Origin: Patescibacteria group bacterium
GTDB lineage: Bacteria; Patescibacteriota; Minisyncoccia; UBA6257; GWB1-50-10
Assembly: GCA_038065455.1 (NCBI GenBank)
Contig: JBBTQX010000002.1
Location: 6,779 to 70,778, forward strand
Reading direction: 5' to 3'
DNA: 64,000 bases
The notes under the pieces were generated by a model. The model ran no database searches. It saw only the letters and a program-made list of their open reading frames with translations, and was not told where the DNA came from. Below are positions 52,729 to 61,923 of the stretch, one piece after another. How positions within the stretch are numbered: the first letter of the stretch is position 1; each line of letters opens with the position of its first letter. Position numbers and translations under genes: made by a program.

Positions 52729-54006
52729 TTACCCTTTAATTGCGATAATTAAATCCGACACATTGGAACCGGTGTCGCCGGTCAGGAGATAGTCCCCAAC
52801 TTCTTTGAAAAACGCGTAGGAATCGTTGTTCTTCAAAAATTCCTCCGGCTTCAGACCGAGTTTCGCGGCCTTTTCACTGGTTATTTTATCACAAAGCGCG
52901 CCCGCGAAATCGGTGTTGTCCCGCCCATCCGAGGCAAAAGAAAGTATCAGTTCGCCGTCGCCTACCTCTCCCAAAGCACCCATCGCCACCTCCTGGTTCC
53001 GACCGCCTTCACCCGCGCCTTTCACACAAACAGTCGTCTCTCCGCCATAAAGAACGGCGGTTTTTCGGTTCTCCTTATGGAGATTGGCGGCAATTTCCTT
53101 TCCCTTATCCCTCGCTTCTCCCTCCAGGATATTGGTATGGATATCGGCATCGAAACCCAACTCCTTCGCCTTTTCGGACATAGCCGAAAGAGCGGTGATG
53201 TTGTCCATAAAAACGATATTCGCCATCTTCTCGAAGAATTTGTTTCCTTTGGGCGTTTCGAGCGGCTCTATTTTCAAGCCGATTGATTTTTCAATGCCGT
53301 ATTTTTCCAAAACGAGGCGCGCATCCTCCACTGTCGTCGTATCTTTCACCGTCGGCCCGGAAGCGACGAATTCGATGCTTCCCCGCACATCCGAAAAAAT
53401 GAGCGCGACCGAGGTGGCCGGATAGGCGTAGGCCGCGAGATGCCCGCCGCGCGCGAGCGATAAGTGCTTCCGAACCGTATTGGTTTCCTCAATATTGGCG
53501 CCCGCGCGAAAAAGCGCCTGCAGAATATCCTTTTCATCCTGACAGACCAACTCTTTGGGCTGGCATAAAAGCGTCGAGCCGCCGCCGGATATCACAAACA
53601 AAACAAAATCCTTTTCGGCCAAAGAAGAAAGTAGTTTGATTATCTCCGCCGTCGCATCGATATTCCTAGGCTCGGGAAAAGGATGGGCGCCGGCGAATGT
53701 CTTTATTTTATTTAAGCTTCCTTCGTGCACATCGAGTACGATGCCGCCGTTCAATTTTTCGCCCAAAATCTCCTCAAGCGCTCGGCCGGCCTCAAGCGCG
53801 CACTTCCCCACCCCCACCACGAAAATGCGTTCAAAATGCGAAAGGTCAAATTCCCTGCCTTTTACGGAAAGAGTGTTTTCCCCGAGAATAATTTCTTTTT
53901 TTATATATTTTTCCGTATCAATCGCATCGAGTCCCGCCTCCGCTATTTCCAAAGCGGCTTTCCGCAAATCCGTCTCCGCCAATTCCTTGAAATTCCGGAT
54001 CTTCAT
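52729..54006 (-). CDS. glycerate 2-kinase (DUF4147 + MOFRL family)
   Basis: 425 aa. VGVGKCA and GGETTV blocks typical of MOFRL glycerate kinases. Confidence 0.8.
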   Translation of the reverse strand: MKIRNFKELAETDLRKAALEIAEAGLDAIDTEKYIKKEIILGENTLSVKGREFDLSHFERIFVVGVGKCALEAGRALEEILGEKLNGGIVLDVHEGSLNKIKTFAGAHPFPEPRNIDATAEIIKLLSSLAEKDFVLFVISGGGSTLLCQPKELVCQDEKDILQALFRAGANIEETNTVRKHLSLARGGHLAAYAYPATSVALIFSDVRGSIEFVASGPTVKDTTTVEDARLVLEKYGIEKSIGLKIEPLETPKGNKFFEKMANIVFMDNITALSAMSEKAKELGFDADIHTNILEGEARDKGKEIAANLHKENRKTAVLYGGETTVCVKGAGEGGRNQEVAMGALGEVGDGELILSFASDGRDNTDFAGALCDKITSEKAAKLGLKPEEFLKNNDSYAFFKEVGDYLLTGDTGSNVSDLIIAIKG

Positions 54007-54024
54007 TTATCTAACATTTTAGCA

Positions 54025-56169
54025 CTAAAGAACCCTTCGTTTCAGCAGAACGGCATTCACCGAAACAATTACGGTGCTTAATGACATTAAAACAGCCGAA
54101 ACAGCCGGTTGAAGCAGAATTCCGTAGGAAACGAGAACGCCCGCCGCGAGCGGCATCGCGATAATGTTGTATCCGGTCGCCCACCACAAATTCTGAATCA
54201 TTTTTGCGTATGTCAGGCGCGAAAGCTTTATTATCTTCGGAATATCCCTCGGATCGTTCCTGACCAATATGATTCCGGCCGATTCCACCGCTACATTCGT
54301 TCCGGCGCCGATGGCGATTCCCAAATCCGCCTGGGTCAAAGCCGGCGCATCGTTTATGCCATCGCCCACCATCGCGACTTTAAGGCCCTTGGATTGGAGT
54401 AATTTAACCTTCTCCGATTTTTCTCCCGGCAGAACCCGAGCGAAATATTCGTCGATTTCCAGTTCGTCCGCCACCCACTTCGCCACTTCTTCGGAATCGC
54501 CGGTAACCATCGCTGTTTTTATGCCCATCGCTTTCAATCCGGCAATCGCTTCGCGCGATTCGTTTCGAATGATATCTCCCAAAACGATGAATCCAATTAT
54601 ATTTTCATCCGCTATAGCATAAATAATCGTCTTCCCCTGCCCAGCAGATAACCCGATTTCTTTTGGAGTTTGGAATTTGGAATTTGGAATTTCCGAAAGT
54701 ATCGCCTCTCCTCCGGCAAGAATCCTTTTCCCTTGCACCGAGGCGCTTACGCCTTTTCCCGAAATTCTTTTGAAATCCTCAATCGGCAGAAGCGGAATAT
54801 TTTTATCTTTCGCATACCGGACAATAGCCTTGGAAACGAAGTGCTCCGAATGGCTGTCTACCGAAGCGGCCAACTGAATCACATCGCTCTCTTTCTGATT
54901 CGGCGCGGCAACGACTTTTTCCACACCGTATTCGCCGGTCGTGAGCGTTCCCGTTTTATCGAAAAGGATTATGTCGATATTCCGGGCGGACTCCAACGCC
55001 ATTCGCTGTTTCACCAAAAATCCGTTTTTGGCGGCAAGCGTCGTCGAGATGGAAGCGATGAGCGGCACCGCAAGACCCAAAGCGTGCGGACAAGCGATGA
55101 CCAGAACCGCCACCAATCTCTCGATTGCGAATGAAGCTCCGCTCCCGCCCGAAAGCCACGCGGCGAAAGTTATAACGCCGACGGTTATAGCGATAAGCGT
55201 GAGATAGAAAGCGGCCCTATCCGAAAGAACCTGGAGGCGGGATTTCGAAGATTGGGCCTCCTGCACCAATTTCATCACGCCGGCCAGAAAAGTGTGTTCG
55301 CCGATTTTGGTCACTTGAATCTTCAATGAACCGTCGGCATTCAAGGTGCCGGCAATAACTTCGCTCCCCTCGCTCTTCAAAATCGGCTTTGACTCTCCGG
55401 TCACGGCGGATTCATTGACCTCCGATTTGCCTTCCACCACTTTTCCGTCGGCGGGAATCTTCGCTCCGGGCCGCACAAAAACCACGTCCCCGACCTTCAA
55501 TTCGGCCAGAGGGATGGATATGCTATTGCCGCCGCGCAACACTTCTGCCATATCGGGCAAGAGCTTCGACAATTCTTTCAAGGCTCCCTGAGCGCTCTGG
55601 ACCGACTTCATCTCGATATAATGGCCCAAGAGCATTATCGTTATCAGAGTCGCAAGCTCCCAAAACAGCGTGTGTTCGCTTCCGGAAATAACCGACCCAA
55701 CACTGAAAAAATAAGCGGCAGAAACCGCGATAGCGATAAGCGTCATCATTCCGGGCAAGCGCGCCCGAAGCTCGTGCCAAGCACCCATTAGAAAAACCCA
55801 GCCGCTGTAGAAAAACACTATTGAGCCCAAAATCAGCGCTAGATACCGGGAACCGACGAATGCCGGGAATTGCCAACTGAAAAGTGCTTCCGGCAAATCC
55901 GAATAAGCCAATATCGGAATCGTAAGAATCAGGCTTATCCAAAATTTACCGAGAAAACTCGATGTTTTGTGTCCGGCATGTCCCGATGGCTTTGCCATCG
56001 AGGATCCTCGATTGTTATACAATCGGGACTTGTTGAATTCTTTTTTCTTTTTCTCCGGCACCAGATTCATTCCGCATTCCGGGCAATGGCCCGGCTTGTC
56101 GCTCTTCACTTCCGGATGCATCGGACAGATGTAGGTTTTTTGCTGTTCTCCTTGATTTTCGTGATTCAT
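54025..56169 (-). CDS. P1B-type heavy-metal (copper) ATPase with a CPH transmembrane motif
   Basis: DKTGTLT, TGESKP, CPH, GDGINDAP. N-terminal CPMHPE...CPECG metal-binding ribbon. Start set to ATG 56169. Confidence 0.9.
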   Translation of the reverse strand: MNHENQGEQQKTYICPMHPEVKSDKPGHCPECGMNLVPEKKKKEFNKSRLYNNRGSSMAKPSGHAGHKTSSFLGKFWISLILTIPILAYSDLPEALFSWQFPAFVGSRYLALILGSIVFFYSGWVFLMGAWHELRARLPGMMTLIAIAVSAAYFFSVGSVISGSEHTLFWELATLITIMLLGHYIEMKSVQSAQGALKELSKLLPDMAEVLRGGNSISIPLAELKVGDVVFVRPGAKIPADGKVVEGKSEVNESAVTGESKPILKSEGSEVIAGTLNADGSLKIQVTKIGEHTFLAGVMKLVQEAQSSKSRLQVLSDRAAFYLTLIAITVGVITFAAWLSGGSGASFAIERLVAVLVIACPHALGLAVPLIASISTTLAAKNGFLVKQRMALESARNIDIILFDKTGTLTTGEYGVEKVVAAPNQKESDVIQLAASVDSHSEHFVSKAIVRYAKDKNIPLLPIEDFKRISGKGVSASVQGKRILAGGEAILSEIPNSKFQTPKEIGLSAGQGKTIIYAIADENIIGFIVLGDIIRNESREAIAGLKAMGIKTAMVTGDSEEVAKWVADELEIDEYFARVLPGEKSEKVKLLQSKGLKVAMVGDGINDAPALTQADLGIAIGAGTNVAVESAGIILVRNDPRDIPKIIKLSRLTYAKMIQNLWWATGYNIIAMPLAAGVLVSYGILLQPAVSAVLMSLSTVIVSVNAVLLKRRVL
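54665..54692. repeat. heptanucleotide tandem repeat inside the ATPase gene
   Basis: ggagttt ggaattt ggaattt ggaattt: 3 perfect units and 1 imperfect unit. Confidence 0.8.
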
Positions 56170-56180
56170 ATTTTTTATTT

Positions 56181-56933
56181 TTATACTCCGCAAGACGAGC
56201 CTTTATTCTCGGTCGGCTTTAATTTCGCGACTATCGCCTGATATCCCGAAGCGCTTGAATAGTTGGCCGAAAGAATCTCTTTGGCGGATATTCCGTCAGC
56301 TGACGAACCAATACTCTTTCCTTGTTGGGCCAAATATGCCTCAATGTTCGCATACATATCCGGAAACCAGGAAGTGTTGGCTTTTAGCGCCTCGTCATAC
56401 ATTTCCGCTTCATCCGCGCCTTGGCTTGCCATCAATTCAAGAAGCCCCAGCATCGCCATTCCGTGATTGCAATCCGGAAAATAAACCGAGTTGCCGCAAC
56501 AAGGACGAAAGATGTTTTTGGACACTCTTTCGACAAGCGCCTGCTGTTCCGGAGTCAATTCGATGAAATTATGCATCGAATAGTGATTCATCGCATTGCC
56601 GACGGAAATAGTCCAGCCGCCGGTCGAAGCGAATTTGTCCGCGCCGCCGTAGCTTGAATCCATCATCGGCCCTTTTTCCAAAATCGGATTTTTATTGGAT
56701 AAGCCGAGCGCCCAAAGAAGATTGAGGGTCGTGCTGGCCGATTCGAATTTTTTTTCGTCTATCACGCCCGCCTGAACCATTTTTATTTTAAGGCTCCCCA
56801 AATCGAGACTTCTATTTCCGGTCCGATTGGAATCGGCCGGAACACCCGCCCGATAAACTAGAGCCAAAGCGACAATCAAAACGGAAAACAAAACGCTGAT
56901 CAGAATCAAATAATTCCCATTTTTATTTATCAT
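56181..56933 (-). CDS. hypothetical membrane-anchored protein with a Cys cluster
   Basis: N-terminal TM. RPCCGNSVYFPDCNHG. No family recognised. Confidence 0.6.
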   Translation of the reverse strand: MINKNGNYLILISVLFSVLIVALALVYRAGVPADSNRTGNRSLDLGSLKIKMVQAGVIDEKKFESASTTLNLLWALGLSNKNPILEKGPMMDSSYGGADKFASTGGWTISVGNAMNHYSMHNFIELTPEQQALVERVSKNIFRPCCGNSVYFPDCNHGMAMLGLLELMASQGADEAEMYDEALKANTSWFPDMYANIEAYLAQQGKSIGSSADGISAKEILSANYSSASGYQAIVAKLKPTENKGSSCGV

Positions 56934-56951
56934 AGTGATTTTTAAGAGCGG

Positions 56952-57329
56952 TTAATTCTGAGGCAAGGGGCACACCGTCTTGTCGGATAATTCCTGAAAA
57001 GACATTTCTCCCGCTATCCGACTGCCATCCTGGAATATCCAGGTCGGATATCCATTAATGCCCTTTGCGGTGCATTTTGCCGTTTCCTGAGTACATTCTA
57101 CATACGGCACATATTGGAACGCGCTCCCGAAAAGTTTCTTCTGATTCTGGCAATGAGGGCACCAATAGGCGCCGTACATCACGACATCTTTGGATGCCAA
57201 ACATTTGGCGAATGTATCTATCGCCGCATTGGCTTTGGTCGGGCCGTTCGTTAAAACCATCGTGAGAATCACGGCTACCAATACCAGAACTAAAACTCCC
57301 ACCGAAATTAATGTGTTTTTTGTATTCAT
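56952..57329 (-). CDS. membrane-anchored thioredoxin-fold protein (VKOR-partner type)
   Basis: YGAYWCPHCQNQKKLFG ... GYPTW. Confidence 0.75.
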   Translation of the reverse strand: MNTKNTLISVGVLVLVLVAVILTMVLTNGPTKANAAIDTFAKCLASKDVVMYGAYWCPHCQNQKKLFGSAFQYVPYVECTQETAKCTAKGINGYPTWIFQDGSRIAGEMSFQELSDKTVCPLPQN

Positions 57330-57342
57330 AATTCCAATTAAA

Positions 57343-57840
57343 TCATTCTTTACAGCAATCGACCAGTTTATTCACGATATCCTCGTGAGTCCAAGGCCCG
57401 TCGCCCTCCGGATTTTTTTTCAAATCTTCCATATTTATCAACTTCAAACGCAAGCCCCAGAAGAGCGAGTATAATTTGTAGGATTTGTCGAACATCTCCT
57501 TCGCCTCCTTCCGCTGGCCCGCGCCCTCCAGTTTCGTACCCACTTCCATCAGCCGCATTGAGGTCGCAAGCAGATGTTTCGAGATACACCAAGTTTCTCC
57601 TTCATGCTTATCAATCAACTTCCCTAAAAGTTCTTTTCGCATCTCCCGCGTTTCCCGAAGCAAATCGAAATAATCGTCCTTCTTCGTCTTCTCGGCCGTG
57701 AAGAAAAAATGCTCCTCCAGACTTATGAGATTCATCACGGCAATCGACAAATCCTCATCGAGCGACAAATCGAAATTGCCGCTTTTTTTCAGCTCCGCCA
57801 CTTTCTTCATCAGTTCTTCGAAATTTAATTTCTTGTCCAT
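57343..57840 (-). CDS. hypothetical helical protein (165 aa, C-terminal CC)
   Basis: ORF with good coding character. No family recognised. Confidence 0.55.
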   Translation of the reverse strand: MDKKLNFEELMKKVAELKKSGNFDLSLDEDLSIAVMNLISLEEHFFFTAEKTKKDDYFDLLRETREMRKELLGKLIDKHEGETWCISKHLLATSMRLMEVGTKLEGAGQRKEAKEMFDKSYKLYSLFWGLRLKLINMEDLKKNPEGDGPWTHEDIVNKLVDCCKE

Positions 57841-57844
57841 ATGT

Positions 57845-58627
57845 CTATATTAAAAAGGTTAATATGCCTAAAATAATGACAATGACCGCGCCCCACAAAT
57901 GAAACTTCCTTATATTATTTTTGCGCCATTCCTGAATTTTGTCCAAGACCGCCCGATTACTCGCTCCGAGGAGTATCAAAACCAGTGGCAGAACGAAAAT
58001 CAGATTGTAGAAGACGAGATAACCGAGGCCGCTCCAATATGTGCTGGTGTCGTGCAGAAGCCCCAAAATCAAAAGATAAGGGCCGCCGGTGCAGGGAAAT
58101 TCGCAGATTCCCACGAGCGCTCCCAGAATAAACGCCGTCGGAACGGAAGCTTTTTCCATCAAACCGGCGATTGTTCTGTGGCTCAAAGTCGGAATCGCAA
58201 GCCTAATCGGAAAAGACGGGAAAAACTCGTTGATAATTCCGATGAAACCCAGAAGAATCAGAAGCGTCGCACCGACCTTCGCCATAAAGTGTGGCACGCT
58301 GAAGACGTGAAGCGCCTGAAGAATTCCTAAACCAATCAGAAGATAGGCCAAAAATATCCCGAAGATATAGACTCCGCCGATTTTAAGGATACTCGAACGC
58401 ATTTTTCCCAGACTGAAGAGGAAAGCAATCGTGAGAAGCAGGACGGAAAAAGCGCAGGGATTAATACTGTCCACTGCCGCCGCGACGACGACGAGCGGCG
58501 CAAGGAATTTTCCTCCTCCGCTCCACTGCCACAGAAACGGGGCGATACCGGGAGAAAGCTTCAGAAAAACCACGAGTGCCCCGAAAGCCGCGATTGCCAA
58601 AATTATTCCCAAAAATTTCTTGTTCAT
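57845..58627 (-). CDS. ccdA: CcdA/DsbD-family thiol-disulfide electron-transfer membrane protein
   Basis: Conserved TM cysteines (INPCAF, EFPCTGGPY). 260 aa. Confidence 0.8.
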   Translation of the reverse strand: MNKKFLGIILAIAAFGALVVFLKLSPGIAPFLWQWSGGGKFLAPLVVVAAAVDSINPCAFSVLLLTIAFLFSLGKMRSSILKIGGVYIFGIFLAYLLIGLGILQALHVFSVPHFMAKVGATLLILLGFIGIINEFFPSFPIRLAIPTLSHRTIAGLMEKASVPTAFILGALVGICEFPCTGGPYLLILGLLHDTSTYWSGLGYLVFYNLIFVLPLVLILLGASNRAVLDKIQEWRKNNIRKFHLWGAVIVIILGILTFLI

Positions 58628-58631
58628 AATT

Positions 58632-59135
58632 TTAAGGCCTTACAACCGCTTTTATTTCGAACTCTTTTGCATTACCACCGGATTCGAGCCGGACCAGCCG
58701 GTCAACCGGGCCCACGCCCGCCGGACCGTGCGCCGCCGGATCGAAAACCGCTCTCACTACCGCTTTTTCGCCCGCTTTCAGTTCGCGGCCCAATCCGGGC
58801 ACAAAGCCGTGCCCCGGCATTCCGAACGGGCCGGACTCTTCGCCACCCAAGATGAAATATGCGTTCGTGCACATGCAAGAAGTGAAAAGTTTTTCGAATA
58901 CGATTGTCGAGGACGAATTATTCGTTATTTCGAAATCGTGAGAAACTTTTCCGGCCGCCATGCTGATTTCGCCGAAATCGAAATTCGTTTCGGGCGCGCT
59001 AATATCGACAATCGAGCTCAATGACGCGGCCTTATCCGATACCTTTTCTTTCTGGGAATTGGGATACGAAACGGCGATAAGAGTTATAACCGCCAAAATT
59101 CCCACTCCCAACCAAATGCTTATTTTCTTGTTCAT
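58632..59135 (-). CDS. DUF1573-domain protein
   Basis: FDFGEI..G.VSHDFEITN.S...I pattern. N-terminal TM. Confidence 0.7.
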   Translation of the reverse strand: MNKKISIWLGVGILAVITLIAVSYPNSQKEKVSDKAASLSSIVDISAPETNFDFGEISMAAGKVSHDFEITNNSSSTIVFEKLFTSCMCTNAYFILGGEESGPFGMPGHGFVPGLGRELKAGEKAVVRAVFDPAAHGPAGVGPVDRLVRLESGGNAKEFEIKAVVRP

Positions 59136-59152
59136 AGATTTGATTTAATGCG

Positions 59153-59175
59153 ACAAAAAATCCCTTTTGGGGATT
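59153..59175 (-). terminator. terminator candidate
   Basis: Minus strand: stem aatccc/gggatt followed by a T-run. Confidence 0.45.
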
Positions 59176-59212
59176 GGAGGCGCGAAATCCGATTACTCGA
59201 CAGTAATTCGAA

Positions 59213-59629
59213 TCAAGCGCCTATCGCGAAAGCGGGAGAACGTTCCAAGCCGGCGAACCACGAAATCATTTTCGGTCCGGAATCAGCGACCTTGTCCTCA
59301 TAATTTTTTCTGAAATAAGCTTGGCTTAGTATTTTATTCTTTCCGATCTCCGAAAAAATCAAAGCCAGGGAAAAGGCCAAAAGAAGAGCGGAGAGAAGAA
59401 ACAACGGCGAAACATCCAAAAAGCCCGACTGGCCCAAATTCTGGATATTCTTGAAATGGAAAGCCGCGAAAGCGAAGACGCCGTCTTTCACGGGACAGGG
59501 CGTGCCCTGGGTGGCATCGGCGAAACAATTATTTCCCATCGCGCCGTGCATCTCGTTCAAGCCGACAAAGCCGAAAACACTGATTGAAAGCAGCGCTATT
59601 AAAACTATATTGGCGAAAACGGTTTTCAT
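59213..59629 (-). CDS. hypothetical membrane protein (138 aa)
   Basis: Two hydrophobic segments, Cys pair (NNCFADATQGTPC). No family recognised. Confidence 0.5.
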   Translation of the reverse strand: MKTVFANIVLIALLSISVFGFVGLNEMHGAMGNNCFADATQGTPCPVKDGVFAFAAFHFKNIQNLGQSGFLDVSPLFLLSALLLAFSLALIFSEIGKNKILSQAYFRKNYEDKVADSGPKMISWFAGLERSPAFAIGA

Positions 59630-59666
59630 TCGGTTAAATCATATCAATTTCTCCCATAAAAGCAAA

Positions 59667-59809
59667 CCCTGCTCCTAGATTAATCCCGGCGTTTGCCAAA
59701 ATGGGTATTGTCTAGTTCCGAGGTTTAAGAAAAAATTAATTCTCTGTCGCGTCGGAAAATTTGACACCCCTGGTAAGGATTATTTGATCCGGAATCTAGC
59801 GTGAGCAGG
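59667..59809. repeat. bulged inverted repeat enclosing ~110 nt in a 294-nt spacer
   Basis: ccctgctcctagatt..cccgg pairs with ccggaatctag(cgt)gagcagg: 7+7+4 bp with two bulges. Confidence 0.5.
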
Positions 59810-59923
59810 ATCACTGTTAATTATACCCCTATCCAAATGTCCGCAAATCAGCCTCTGTGCACAAAAGTTTGACAGAAACGATGAATAATGACGGCCAGCC
59901 GGAATACTAAGGTTTCTCCTTGA

Positions 59924-60517
59924 TTATTCGAGGATCCCGTTCAAATCCACATCGTAAAGCATCCGTTCGCCGATATATTGGTAATTGATTATTTCTTCAG
60001 GTTTGAACCAAATGGCAATTTCTCTTTCGGATTCTTTAGGGTCATCGGTACAATGAATGAGATTCCTGACACATCTATCATCTTCATTCGATAAATCATA
60101 AGAATCAATCGTCAAGTCACCTCGTATAGTTCCAACATCCGATGTCAGCGGCTCCGTACCGCCGACTATCTTCTTCACTATTCCTACGGCTTTATTTCCT
60201 TCCCATATCATCGGAACTATCGGCCCGCATGTGATAAACGAAACATTACCTCTGACTATATCCATACCATATTCGCGAGCTGTTTTTTCTATCGGTTTGC
60301 CGGCTTCCGTTCTTTGTTTTATGCGCAACTCGCCTTTAGCCTGGAGCCAAATTTCATCTTTTTTATAATGCTCGTTCCCTTGTTCTTTTGTGCCTAATGA
60401 AAATTTGGCGGCTATGAGCTTCAAACCAGTGCGTTCAATTCTATGAATCAGTTCACCCACCAATCCTCTCTGAATGCCGTCCGGTTTGATAATTACAAGC
60501 GTTCGTTCTTTTTTCAT
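59924..60517 (-). CDS. ndk: nucleoside diphosphate kinase-like protein with an insertion
   Basis: ERTLVIIKPDG..R.L.GE N-terminus. An extra ~35-45 residues mid-protein. Active-site region reads NLIHCTD. Confidence 0.7.
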   Translation of the reverse strand: MKKERTLVIIKPDGIQRGLVGELIHRIERTGLKLIAAKFSLGTKEQGNEHYKKDEIWLQAKGELRIKQRTEAGKPIEKTAREYGMDIVRGNVSFITCGPIVPMIWEGNKAVGIVKKIVGGTEPLTSDVGTIRGDLTIDSYDLSNEDDRCVRNLIHCTDDPKESEREIAIWFKPEEIINYQYIGERMLYDVDLNGILE

Positions 60518-60518
60518 A

Positions 60519-61916
60519 TTATTTCTTTTTATCTATTTTAATGCGGAGTTCTTTTAGTTGTTCCTCCGAAACGTCCGACGGACCGTCCATCATCAAATCT
60601 CTGCCGTCGCCGGTCTTCGGGAATGCGATGACTTCCCGGATATTCGGCTCGTTTTCCAATATCATCGCAAAGCGGTCCAATCCCCAGGCAATGCCGCCGT
60701 GCGGCGGCGCGCCGAAACCCAATGCCTCGAGCATATGCCCGAAATTGCTTTTTATCCTCGCCGATTCGAATCCCATTATTTCGAAAACTTTCTCGAGCGC
60801 CTCGGGCGTATGATTCCGAATGCTTCCCCCGCCAATCTCCCAGCCATTCAGCACGATATCATACTGCGTAGTCAAAATTTCCGGAATATTTTTCTTATCC
60901 ATCAAATCCTTCATAAATTCCGGCTTCGGCGCGGAGAAAGGATTATGAGTAAAGGTCCAGTCGCCGTTATCGGTCTTCTCAAAAAACGGAAAGTCTATCA
61001 CCCAGCAAAAAGCCAGCAAATTCAAATTATTTTTATCATCCCGCAAATCCGGCCGGTCCGTACCATACTTCTCCTTCGCCTCCTTGTAGGATAGGCACGG
61101 AAAAGGAATTTCCTGGATTTTCTTCTCGGGATAAAGCTTCCCTATGAGCTCAATCAGAAGCTTTTCATTCAATTCCATCACATCCTCGCGCTCCACGAAG
61201 CTCATCTCCAAGTCCAATTGGGTGAACTCCGGCTGGCGGTCGCCACGCGTATCCTCGTCGCGGAAACAGCGGGCAATCTGGAAATACCGCTCAAGGCCTG
61301 CCACCATCAAAAGCTGCTTGTATTGCTGGGGCGACTGGGGCAAAGCGTAAAATTTGCCTTCATAAAGCCGAGACGGCACCAAATAGTCCCGCGCGCCTTC
61401 CGGCGTAGATTTGGTCAAAATCGGCGTCTCCACTTCTATAAATTCTTCCCCATCCAAATAGTCGCGAATGAATTTTATTATCCTGTGGCGATGGCGGATA
61501 TTTTTCTGGAGACGGGAACGACGCAAATCCAGATAGCGGTATTTCATCCGCACCTCCTCATTTATGTCAAGACCGTCGCTCGTAACATCGAAGGGCGGAG
61601 TCTTCGCCTCCGAAATTATCTCCAGGCTTTCCGCCGGCACCTCATGGTAGCCGCTCGGAATCTTCGGGTTTTCCATGCCCGCGGGGCGCTTTCCCACCTT
61701 GCCTTTTATTTTTACCACCCACTCCGAACGCAAAGTTTCCGCCTTCGCGTGAAGCTCTTTGTCTTTCGGAATAAAAACTACTTGGGCAATACCACTCCGA
61801 TCTCTCAAATCGATGAAGATAAGTTTGCCGTGGTCGCGCCGGACATCCACCCAACCTGTGAGTTCCACCTCCTGGCCTTCTTTCGAAGCGATGTCTTTGG
61901 CTAAAGTCCTCATCAT
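60519..61916 (-). CDS. aspS: aspartyl-tRNA synthetase, short form without the GAD insertion
   Basis: 465 aa. OB N-domain plus class II core (FRDEDTRGDRQPEFTQLD). Confidence 0.9.
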   Translation of the reverse strand: MMRTLAKDIASKEGQEVELTGWVDVRRDHGKLIFIDLRDRSGIAQVVFIPKDKELHAKAETLRSEWVVKIKGKVGKRPAGMENPKIPSGYHEVPAESLEIISEAKTPPFDVTSDGLDINEEVRMKYRYLDLRRSRLQKNIRHRHRIIKFIRDYLDGEEFIEVETPILTKSTPEGARDYLVPSRLYEGKFYALPQSPQQYKQLLMVAGLERYFQIARCFRDEDTRGDRQPEFTQLDLEMSFVEREDVMELNEKLLIELIGKLYPEKKIQEIPFPCLSYKEAKEKYGTDRPDLRDDKNNLNLLAFCWVIDFPFFEKTDNGDWTFTHNPFSAPKPEFMKDLMDKKNIPEILTTQYDIVLNGWEIGGGSIRNHTPEALEKVFEIMGFESARIKSNFGHMLEALGFGAPPHGGIAWGLDRFAMILENEPNIREVIAFPKTGDGRDLMMDGPSDVSEEQLKELRIKIDKKK

Positions 61917-61923
61917 TACGGAA

